From Callorhinchus milii (Eukaryota): DNA of 64,000 bases. The translations under genes and the position numbers were made by a program. The notes under the pieces are model-generated. The model searched no databases, was not told the origin of the DNA, and saw only the letters and a program-made list of their open reading frames with translations. Shown one piece after another: positions 24,201-36,200 of the stretch; within the stretch, counting starts at the first letter, position 1; every line of letters starts with the position of its first letter. The stretch lies in NCBI RefSeq assembly GCF_018977255.1, contig NW_024704743.1, positions 97,156,001 through 97,220,000 on the forward strand. Reading direction: 5' to 3'.

Positions 24201-27200
24201 AATATACATTGGCATAGATAGCTAGTTTCATGTCCAGAGGATGTCTCGAAGTGCTCATGCATGCTTGTCAGCCTTCCCAACTATTCCCTCCACAAGCTAC
24301 AAATCATCCAGAACTCTGCACCTCGTGTCCTCTCCCGCAACTTCTTGACCCCATCACACCCACCCACTGGCTCCCCAACCCTCAGAGGATCGAGTTCAAA
24401 ATCCTCGTCCTCACCTTCATGGTCCTACACAGCCTTGCCCCCTCCTACCTCTCTGAGCTGCTAAACCCTTATCAACTAGTCCACTCTCTCCGTTCAGCAG
24501 GCTCCAGCCATGTCCCCCGCATGGCCCACCCCACCATTGGCGGGCGAGACTTCAGTCTCTCTACCGCCATCATCTGGAACTCCATCCCATATTCCCTTCA
24601 CCTCGCTTCCTCCCTTGCCTCCTTCAAGGCAGGCCTCAAGACACTCTTCTTCGCCGTGCCTTCGGGCACCCTCTCTGCCCTCCACCCTCCCTGATGCTAC
24701 CCCCTCACTAATCCCTGACATTTCAGTGCCATGATAGGTGCTTGACAAATGTAATATTGTATTGTATTGCTTCACAGGGTTTACTGTGAAGTGGAGTGAG
24801 TGACTTTATGTGGCAACACAATTGCGCACAGCAATAACCCACCCTTTAATTCTTCCCAAATGAAAGCTCCGAATGTGCCCACTAATTCCTATCCCTGGAG
24901 ATCTCAGACGATTAACAACTTAGATTATAGTTGAAACATTTAACAAATAGCCCTTTTTAAGGTTTGCTTGTTTTTCAACCTTTGCAATCACATTGAATTC
25001 CCCAGCACATAAGCATTGTAATTTACTGTAATCATTCTTTATTGCAATGCTTATTTGGATATTCATATCTCCTGAGCTATTTTCGTTACTGTTTAGTATT
25101 TACGTGGATTTAGCAGCCGCCCAAGTCATTTCTAGGAGACCTATATTCTTGTCACTGTCTCTTGCTGAAATCCATTATTGAGTGTATAAGAAAATGCTGA
25201 CTGATTCAGATTAGGAAAAAGTATCCTGTGTAGTTGTTTTGAAGTAAATTTAAAGAAATGGTTGATGGAAAATAAGTGATGTATTTAAAGACCATCTATT
25301 TTTACATACTGTATTACTGTATTGGTGACATTGAACACTGGAAACAAATTGGCTGCACTTGGTACATAAGCAGAAAGACCAAGGGGGAAAATACATGGTA
25401 ATTCTCCTTAAATTCTTATTTCCCTAACTTCAAAACATTATACCTTGACTCTGGCAGTTCTCTTAAACTCACTCTACTTTCCCTTTCTCAGTGACCTCTA
25501 ACCACCTTGTGAGGCGCCATTTTTCTTACTTCAAGATGGTCATGTTGCATAAAAGGCACTATATGAATATACATTATTGTTGAAAATGAATTATCTCAGT
25601 GGAATCATTTTAACAATTTGTTCAATTACAGTGTGGTACTTCTGGCCTTTGCTGCCCATTTTTCAGGTAAATATCCTAACTTGCTATTGATCTATGTTGC
25701 ATTCTACATTTAATTTTACTGTTTATGAAAGTTGCAGTTATTTTATTTCACAGAATTTTGTCTACATTTATGTACTTTCCAGCAGAGGATATATGAGTAT
25801 GTAAGGTGACACTCCAATGCAGTGTTGGGGGATTGTTGCATTGACGGAGGTGCCGTCCTTTGGATTAGATGTTATCACGAGATCCCGCCTACCTGATCAG
25901 GTAGACGTTAAAGATCCCATGGTACTTTTTGAAAGAGAAGGGAGTTGTTTGCTGTTTCCTAACCCAAAATCCCCCAAATAAAATTGGTCACTCATTTTGA
26001 GACATCTCGACAACCTGAAAGGAGCTATATCAAATGCAAGGATTATTATTATTATCAATTTTGTCTTGAGTTTGGCACTGGCTGAGAAAAGCTAATTCAG
26101 TCCAGACACTGATACTTGCACCTTCCTAGTTTGTATAGTTTAGTTACACCTTCAATTAAGCTGTGGACTGACTCATTAACTGAAAAATGTCTTTTGGTAA
26201 TGAAGAACCGAAGTTTGTATTGTTATAAATGAGGAAATATTGGAATCCTGTCTGCAAAAGATGGCGAATTTCAACTGGGCAATAGGGAAGGCCCTTGAAT
26301 TACCTCAATATCCTTGTGCTAGGAGAATATGGAGAAGCTTGAGTTTTATTTCCTGGTTATAGCATCTTCTGATGATGATCATGTGAGCTTCAAGTGAGGT
26401 TCAGATTGTCTCATAGATTTTTATCTGATTCAGAGAGTTAAAATCTCTGAGACAATCCGAACCTCTTGTGTGGTGTCACCTAATCACTTAGCCTTTTACA
26501 CTGCTGGTGCTCATGAACCAAACCCAGAAATTGAGTCGCTGCCTTCAGCAGGTGAGATGAAGAGAAACTTGAGTATGATCTATATAGAATATTATATTCT
26601 GAATATGTTCTGTAGAAAACTGGGTGCTTGTTATAAGGTTGAAATACAATCCAGAGAGTGAAATTGAGAAAAGAAACCTGTACATAGATTGGACCTTGTG
26701 TTGTGGAACATAATGTATGTAACATGTAGTTAATTGCGTTGTTTCTTAAACATTTAGTGAGCTAAACAGTCTGTTTTGTTAAAATAAATGTGTTTTATTC
26801 CAATCGTGTCAATGAACACATTTTCCTCACGTTTAAAATGTAGTTCAGGCTAGGTTAGTGTTAATTTGCAAAGTTAATCATTGAGTTCATAGTCGTTTGC
26901 CTACAAAATACAGTCTACAGTAAAATAGATCTTCAATGTCCACCTGAACAGGCAGACGGGACCTTGGTCCAACTTCCCACCCAAGGGATGGCTCCTTCAA
27001 TAATGCAACACCCCGCACCCCCTCCCTCAGCTCTGCACTTTAGCCCTAGCCCATGCTGTGTGAGTCCCAAGATTAGTGTAACCAGTTTAACCAACCTATA
27101 ACTATTGTAGTCTAGATACACTAGTTACACTAGTTATAAAGCAGAGTGTGGAGATTTCACTATTATAGCTATATGTTTATTGTTACACTAATTGTAGAGC

Positions 27201-30200
27201 AGATTGTGGGGATTTCACTAATCTAGCTACACTAGTTACACTAGTTATAGAGTAGTTTCCTTAGAGTGACACATTCTACTGCTTAAATATCAGATTAGTA
27301 TTTTACAGTAGGTAAAAAAAATCCATATTTCGATATCCATAAGTGCACACCTCAACCCCTTGAGTAGTGAATGATCCGGTTGAGGAAGTAGTTTTTTTTT
27401 ACAATTTCCCTAAATTATGGTGCTAACATTTAGGGACCTTAGCGCCAGCCAGGTTGAGATAAGATGGCAGAAGACTAGGATTTGAGTCTTTAATTCCTTG
27501 TTCTGTATAGCTAGTGCTGAGCTGAATGGTGGTTTTACAAAGCAGTCTATTAGGGGCAGTTTGGAGGTAATTTTTTTATATAAAAGCAAAATCATTTTGT
27601 ACAACAGTAATGCTTTCGTGTCAGAAACTAATCACCAAAAATAATGTATTTGATATATCGTCTTTCACGTTAGGACGTATCGAAAATACTTCACAGGATT
27701 TACTGTAAAATGTAGTGACTGTATATTTTATAGATGAATACGACAGTCAATTTGCACACAATGTCACACACAACCACAAAAAAGCCACTAGTAACTATTA
27801 ACAAAAAATGGTGAATCCTGTTTTAAGATGACTTCTTTCTCCTTTTAGGTGATGCATTTAGTGCCTTGGATTTCCCATTTCTTTACTTCTACCGATTCCA
27901 TGGTGGCTGTTGCGCCAGGTAATGTTCACTTTGGGTCTGATGCGTAGGTTGATTTTACAGTCCTTCTCCTCTTCAGCCAGCATTAAACTGAGATAAACGT
28001 GCATTTGCTTGATGGTTCTCTTTTAAATTGTGTGGCGCCTGCACTCTATATTCAGTGCAGTAACAGTAAAACTAAAAAAAAATTTAAATTACAAATTTAT
28101 TGGAAACTCACCTTGTTTTGTTGTGGTCTCTGTTATTAACTTTAAGATATCTTGTGTACACAGTGCAACAGAGGCCTTTGTTCAGCAGTTTGAATGAACT
28201 TAAGTGCCTCTGAAATTGTTCTTTGACTTGATTGCACAATAGCCTAGATAATGACTTTCATAGTAATTGATCCACCAACAACATTTTCCTCAGCGAACAA
28301 AGTTTTTCTTTTCCTTAAGAAGGATCTAAGCTCTTCTTCTCCTCCCCTACCCCCTCACTGTAAGCAATGTCTTGTCCAGGTCCATAGTGTCTGTTTGTTA
28401 CCTTGTTGTATTTGGGTTGCCACAGAATACCTGTCACTCCTGTCGATCAATGTTTAATGATAAACTAGTGACTATGCTCTGGTACTCTGAGGGCGGGAGA
28501 GAAGAGAAGACAGCAGGTCTCTTGGGACTGAGCTGGCTCTAAGGTGAAACGCCTGGCAAAAGAATATCAGAATTAAGTCAATACCTAAGCGAGGCAGAGC
28601 TGCAAGCTCCAAGATACTGTTAATAAGATTTGGAGGAACACACTAGTTACAAGAGGCAAGAATTCTTTGCACTCAGTTCATGTTAACATTGAGAGCCACC
28701 AAAGCATTAATGGGAATAGGGTGGTCTTAGCTGAACAAATAGTGAGAAGCTTGCAGATATTGTGGTTGAAGAACAAGATACTAAATTAATGTTCTTATTT
28801 TCCTTAATTTTTGGCTGAAGAGCAATCTTCTGTTGCTGTATTTTTTTCTTTCTGTAGAGTAGCCTTGGAAACAAAGTACTTTATCTTTTCTAAATATACT
28901 AAAGTTGTTGTTTAATATAGTAGATTTTCCCTCTTTTCTTTACAATGCTATCTTTGGAAGCCATACAAAAAGTATTTCACAAGGAAAAGCTGCTTTGAAA
29001 ATGGAGTATTGCTTTAAATATCTCCCTGATCGACAATTGTCACAGGTTATATTCTCTCAAAGACCTTGGCGGGAAGTGGGGAGGAAATTTTCTGTATTCC
29101 ATAAATCTAAGTGAAAATGATAGCCAAGGAATTTACCAATGTGTACTGAGAACAATGTTCATGTCGGCAATCTGGAGCCTGGAAGGAAGCCAATTTTGGC
29201 TTCAACTAAAATTTTTCTTGGCTGTCACACTCTGAGAACTGTTGAATTGACTCATTCAGTGAGCTTCTACTGAGCTCCTGGGTGATGATTCCACTTGTTC
29301 TTCCTTATGAAATAAACATTGAAAGGAGACTTTAGGATTAACAGCACAGATAGCCAGTTCTGTGTAACCTCCTTTGGTCCAGTTGTTGCAGTGAAAGGAG
29401 TAATTGAAAGCCTGATGTCAAAAACTTATTTTAATATATAGTAAGAGGGTAGCAAGGGAAGACATTAAAACCCTGTATGGATCTTCAGCCAAAGAAGGTT
29501 TCAGTTGTTTAAACCTATACTCACTCTGGATTCTCCACTGGAGCAAACTATCTAATCCCAAATATCCACCCTTTCCCTATCCTCTTTTATATTTTCACTC
29601 TTAAGTGCTTGTCCGGTTCCTTTTTAAATATTGTTATGCTCTCAACTTTAATAACTATGGGTGGCAAAGTGACTGTTGTTCAAAATGATCTGTCCAAATT
29701 TAGAGTACTCCTGTCACAATGAGCACTGCTTTTGTTATTTTAGTGGAATTCTGGGGTTTTGTGTGCTGCTGGCTTCCGTAAAGGTGAAGAGTTATTTTTC
29801 CACAGACCAGTTTGATGCATGGATGTTCTTAACAAAGGTATGGTTGTTAAATTGTGCACTTTGATCATTGTTTTTTAACTGATAAAGTAATTGAGTGGAT
29901 TGCCTGTCAGGACACCAGGAGAAACTCCCTTCACTTTTCTAATAGGGCTATGGGATTTTTAGCAGTAAGTAGGCAGGAGCTGGTGGTAACTGAAAAAAAG
30001 TATTATTATTAGCAATACGCACTATGAGAGAGGCTCAGACATGCCAACCTCTTCCCCTGGGATTCCTTGCGTTTGTTCCAAGTGAGATGCCTATCCTCGA
30101 AGGGGCCTCCGCAAACCACCATCTTGTATGTCCTTTTACTTATCTTCTTGTGAAAGAATGAATAAAGTCATTGTACACGTTCCTGATTTACATGCAACAA

Positions 30201-33200
30201 GATCTGCATCCCATCCTTGGGATAGCTTGTACCAAAATTGCTAGCCCTATACCATTTCCTTGATGTAGATTACAGTGTGTTTGTAAGAAGAAAATCTCAA
30301 ATAGATAATGAATCCTTGCATTTGATGTAGCACTTTATCATACATATGGATGATGCCTGAAGAATTCAACAACAACAACAAAATTACATTTGTATAGTGC
30401 CTTTCACATTGGGAGGACGTTGCAAGGCGCTGGGTAATTCACCAATGAAGTAGCAATGCTTTTCAGTCTATTCCTTGAAAACATAATCTGAGGAAGGGTT
30501 CTATAAGAGGAAGGCGCAAGAGATTGAAGCTAAATTTTTAGGATGTACCAGCAAGAAGAAATCTCCTTTGTGAGTAGGAGTAGATCAGAGAGATTAGGAA
30601 GTGCTGGGGATGATCAGTGTTACCTTACCAACGATCAATCTTCAACTTTGGTTAAAGAAAGTTGTAAAATTGCAAAACTACACATTGATTGTGATTGGTA
30701 CCTTTTAATAAGATAATTGTAATCTTAATCTGCCAAATTTTAATGCTATTCCTTGTGAAGGTGGGACTATTCACATGCAAGTGACCCATGTGCTCAGCAA
30801 AATTGTACTGGGCATTTTTTAAAACCAAATGTTCAAAAAAAAGTTTCCAAACCACAATGTATGTACATGGGCGTGTTACCCGGCTACAGTTATGTAATTG
30901 GTGGGATTTGAAGTAACTGCCAAAAAAAACTCAACCTTGAATCATAACAACCAATTTCTAGAAATTGGCATCTTCTACTGAATTTGTCACAGCACGATTG
31001 CTTCTTTTTTGGCATTGTGTTATAAGAAAGAACTTGCATTTGTCCTTATCATATCAAAATATCTCAATGCATTTAATGGCAATTATTTTAAAGTAAAGTG
31101 ACCATTTTTGTATGTTATGTGCAGCAAGCATTTTGGGAGCAATTTTGTCAGGATGATTGATCAGAATACTGGGAGAAACTCCAACAATACAAAATTAAAT
31201 TTGAATAGCGCCTTTCACGTCGGGAGGATGTCCCAAGACTCTGGACAGTCAGCATTTTGGACCCGGGCGAGGTGGGTGTTTGGGATGAGGGAGGGTGGAG
31301 GGCAGAGAGGATAATTGGCTGAAGGCGCGGTTGAAAAGGAGGGTCTTGAGACGTACCTTGAAGGAGGCAAGGGAGGGAGCAAGGTGAAGGCACTGTGGGA
31401 TGGAGTTCCAAAGGGTCGGGTGAAGAAAGGCTGAAGGCCCGACTGCCAATGGTGGGGTGGGCTGACAGGGGATGTGGAGCAGGCCAGAGCCTGCTGGGTG
31501 GAGAGAGCAAGCGGGTTCATATGGGGTTAGCAGGTCACAGAGGTAGGAAGGAGCAATGCTGTGGAAGGCCTTGAAGGCGAGGACGAGGATTTTGAACTCT
31601 ATCTTCTGACGGATGGGGAGCCATTTGAGCTGCATGGGGGTTATGGGGTCATGGAGCCTGGTGTGGGAGAGGACATTCACCTGAGGACACACACACATTC
31701 ATAAAATTTTACTGGATCTTTAAAGTCCACACAAGTACAGTCAAACCTGTTCAGCAACCACCTCCATTTGGCAGCCAGCCACTGTTAAATACCTGGAACA
31801 GCCCAGTTCGCACAAAACATCAAGACACATCAACCCCCCTCCCTCCAACCAATTTTCCACAAAATTTGTCAAATTTCTCTGCGATTATTTCCGCAATTTT
31901 TGAAAATATTTCCACAATTTTCTATTGGCCCTCGCAATGTGGGAGGTTAGCCACAAACTGACCCACTGCAGTTAATTATTAATTACTAATTTGTTCCCAT
32001 TCATTTTAACCATGTTTTCAAATCATGATAGCCATTATCTTTCATAGAATCATCGAATTATACAGCACGGAAGGAGGCCATTCGACCCATCATGTTTGCG
32101 CCGGCTCTTTTATACTAGCTATCCAATTCAATCCCACTCCCCCGCTCTCTTCACATAGCACTGCAAACTTGTCCTCCCCAAATAATTATCTACTTTTCTC
32201 TTAAAAATTGTTATCAAAACGGTTTTCACCACCCTTTCAGGCAATGCATTCCAGATCCGAACAACTCACTGTGCGAAAACATTTCTTCTCACCTCCCCTT
32301 TGGTTCTTTTAACAACTATTTTAAATCTGTGTCCTTGGGTTATTGACCCATCTGCCAGTTTCTCCTTGTTTCTCCATGATCCTATCACCCCCACCTGGCT
32401 CCAATTGCCGCCCTTCTCTCAGAGGATAGAGTTCAAAATCCTCGTCCTCACCTTCAAGGCCTTCCACGGCATTGCCCCTTCCTACATTTCTTCCAGGCAG
32501 AGGGCGAAACCTTGGGCAAGTTTCCTTATTCCACACAGAGCCTAATAATAATCCCTCCAAAACAAAACAATAATAAACTGGTCATTTTCAATCTACGACT
32601 GTTTGTGGGACATTGCTGTGCGCAATTGGCTGCCGCGTTCGCCCACAAATATACAGTCAATTCACTTTACAGTGTGTTCTGTGAAGCGCTTTGGGACGTC
32701 CTCCTGACGTGAAAAGCGCTATATCAAATGCAAGGATTATTATTATTATTATTATATTATCTGTGACCTGCTAACCACATATGAAATAGTCTCTCCTTGT
32801 TCACATTGGTGATCTATATTGTCCAATACAATATAGATCTTGACAAACTGTTTCAACTTATCCAGAATAGTAAAACCAGAGGACACAGCCTGTGATTGAA
32901 ATGGGGTAAATTCAGAACGAATCTATGCAAATACTATTTCAGTGAGCGAATAGTGAACCTGTGGAACAGGCTTCCTAGGGAGACGGTTGAAGCAGGAAGT
33001 GTTGATTCTTTCAAACATAGATTAGCTAGTTTTCTTTTAATTTTCTTTTAGGAAACAACATTACGGGATATAGTACATAGGTAGTTTGGGACATATGTGC
33101 ATGCGACCTCCGGGGAGGTGGAAGGCAAACAAGATAGACCTTGGTCTTTTTTCGTCCAGCATTTCTTAGGTTCTTATGTTTACCCTATCAAATCCCCTCA

Positions 33201-36200
33201 TAATTTTGAAAACTTCTATTAAGTCTCCTCTTAACGGTCTCTGCTCCAAGGAGACTCCAATGGAGTCCTGTAGCTCAGTGGTTAGAGCACTCGCTTTGCA
33301 AGTGAGAGACCTGAGTTCAATTCCAGGCAGGGCGAAACCTTGGGCAAGTTTCCTTACTCCACACGCCTAATAATAATCCCTCCAAAAAACAAAAAACAAT
33401 AATAAATTGTTCATTTTCAATCTACGACTGTTTGTGGGTCATTGCTGTGCGCAATTGGCTGCCGCGTTCGCCCACAAATATAGTCAATTCACTTTACAGT
33501 GTGTTCTGTGAAGCGCTTTGGGACATCCTCCCGACGTGAAAAGCGCTATATCAAATGCAAGATTATTATTATTAATAATCCTAGCTTCTGAAGTCCTTCA
33601 TTCCTGGTACTATGCTGGTAAGTCTCCTTTGCACCCTCTCCAATGCCTTGACACTCTTCCTGAAGTGTGGGGCCCAGAACTGACCACAGTACTCTAGCTG
33701 AGGCCTAACCAGTGTTTTATAAATGTTTATCATAACTTCCTGACTTTTGTATTCTCTGCCCCTATTTATAAAGCCTAGTATCCTGTATTCTTTTTTAACA
33801 GCTTTATCTACCTGTTCTACCACCTTCAAAGATTTACTTATATGAACCCCCAGGTCTCTCTGTTGCTTCACTCCCTTTAAGATTATACCATCAGCTTATA
33901 TTGCCTCTCTTCATTCTTCCTCTCAAAAATGCATTTCTCCACATTAAACTTCACCTGCCTGTGTCTGCCCATTTTGCCAGTCTGTCTATGTCCTCTTGCA
34001 GTCTGCTACTATCCTCCTCACCATTTACTACATTTCCTTGCTTAGTATCATCTGCAAGCTTGGAAATTGTACTCCCTAAACCCAAGTCCAGGTCATTTAT
34101 ATAGATCAAAAAGAGCAGTGGTCCCAATACTGACCCCTGGGGGACACCACTGGACACTTCCCCCCACTCAGAAAAACAACGTTTAATGGAAAGTTTCATC
34201 CACGAGAACCAATATTTTCTCGAAATTCTTACCACTATCTTATTTCCATTCCATCATTAAAGTAAGGTAAACATACACTAATGTGGTCAGTGCAGAATCC
34301 CAGCCCTGCTTGTGGTGGAATGCATAGAAGTCTGACAGTAAATACTTGCTGATTTAGTCAGAGTACTGTTTATTTTTGAATACTCGTTTCCCAGAGGATG
34401 GGAGAAGTTTAGACGTGAAAACTCCGAATAAATTCCCATTATTGCATGTTGTTGATGTTGTATTTTTAGCTACTGCTCTATGTCTGAATGAATTATTTTT
34501 ATCCAACAATTTGCTTTGTTTTTAAAAAAATAACCCCACTCTGACTCAACTTAAGTTATCAAAACATTTATTCTAGCATATAATGGCTGCTATGGAATTA
34601 TTCTGGAGTTTACTTTGGGTCATTCTGTGCTATCTCATGATCTCAATCAATTGATCGTCATGAATCTGATATTTATTTAACCCCATATTTCATGGAAAGA
34701 GGCCTTACCCTGTTTGCTGTATCTGCAGTGGAGTGAATGTTTTTTAAAAAGTAGTAGGTAGGTCAGATCAAATCTTGTATAGTTGGAGGAACATGTCTGC
34801 TTCGATCTATACTTTTATGTAGTAAAAGGTGATATTTTGTTACAGTTTGCATTGTGTGTGCATTGTTCTGTTATGTTTACCTAGCAGTAAGTTGGAACCC
34901 GATTGTTAGTCAATTGGCAGATCCCTTTCTGGGGGTAATAATCCCTTGAAATAATAATAACTTGGTCACTCAATCCACGAATGTTTGTGGGACACTGCCG
35001 TACGCAATTGGCTGCCGCCCACAAGTTAGACAGTCAATTCACTTTACGGTATATTCTATGAAGCGTTTTGAGACGTCTCGAAGACGTGATGAGGCGCTAT
35101 ATCAAATACAAGGATTATTATTATTGAATTACAGGCAGTGCATTCAAATGTTGGAGTTTGACATAGAATCCCTCTTGACTCTCTTCCTCTTCGAAGATGC
35201 TCATTTGTGTTGGGTCATAGGTTTATGGTTGCCAGACACTATCCAGTTCCTCTGGCATGTGTGAGCCTAAAGTTTGAAGATGGCAGCTATTTGACCATGG
35301 GAAATAGAGCTGAGCCCGAACCGGTCCATACCTGCCCAATTACCAGCCAAGATGACTGGATAAAGTGTAGGAACTCTAGCTAAATGTTTTCTCCCTCCTT
35401 AGCCCCGGGCACTGAACCTAATCGTAGCTCTTACTATAGCTACAGTTAAATCAGCTAACTCAGCCCAGACCTTAACTTGAATTTGGTCCCTTATCATTCT
35501 GTTTGGCCTAGTTTCAAATTGGGCAACATAATTATGGTATCAACTGAACTGTATTTACTCTTCAAACTTTTTTAAAAAAAGCAGTGTTTCTAATTCAGGT
35601 TTCAATGAGGACTTGCAGAACACATGTTAGAGCATCTAATTATGTATTGATACATTTCGTGACAAGTACTACATTCAGATGATTCATGATATGAGTCTGT
35701 TCAACCAAATGTAAATCATCAGGTTTCCTGGGGTTTTTTATATAATGGTCAGCTGTTATTGTAGATTTGTTTCAGTTTTATTTGCTGTAGGTTTATAAAA
35801 AGCTTGGGATGTCTCAATAAAACAAAGCTGTACATGAAGAAACTGAATCTGAGACTACAAGTTTAACATTTCAGATCTACTGTTCTTGCTATGTTTGCTG
35901 AAGTACAGAAAATATGTTGAGGGGTCATTGAATTTTATCAAGTTTGCTTCATTCATTGAATGCTAGTGGATTAAAAGGCGAAGGGAGTCAATGTCAATAC
36001 CACATCTGGAGTGTTGTTCAGATTTGTAGGTGAATGGTGGTGAAAGAGTTAAGTACTTGAGAAAAATGACCCCATTCTTTTGGCAGTGGTGGTATTGGTT
36101 TTGGCAGAGAACAGAAATGTGCAAAGACCATTGCCACCATGAGAATAGACTGATGGTTGTTAGCTTTGATCACTCAAATTATTTTGTGAAAGCTTCACAG

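Larger units (their letters stand above)
32043..34180 (-). mobile_element. CR1 LINE (RT to 3' end) split by nested insertions
   Basis: rc [21 protein letters not shown]...[14 protein letters not shown]...[18 protein letters not shown]1-type 3' end at 32043. Confidence 0.88.

Noticed and set aside
26368..26434. C/D box snoRNA (ATGATGA...CTGA)
   Set aside because: Terminal stem geometry is not canonical, no rRNA-complementary guide was recognised, and the region is better explained by the overlapping hairpin.
33262..33336. tRNA-Ala(TGC) gene
   Set aside because: The tRNA-like head runs directly into the SINE body and recurs in every full-length copy; acceptor and T arms are imperfect.
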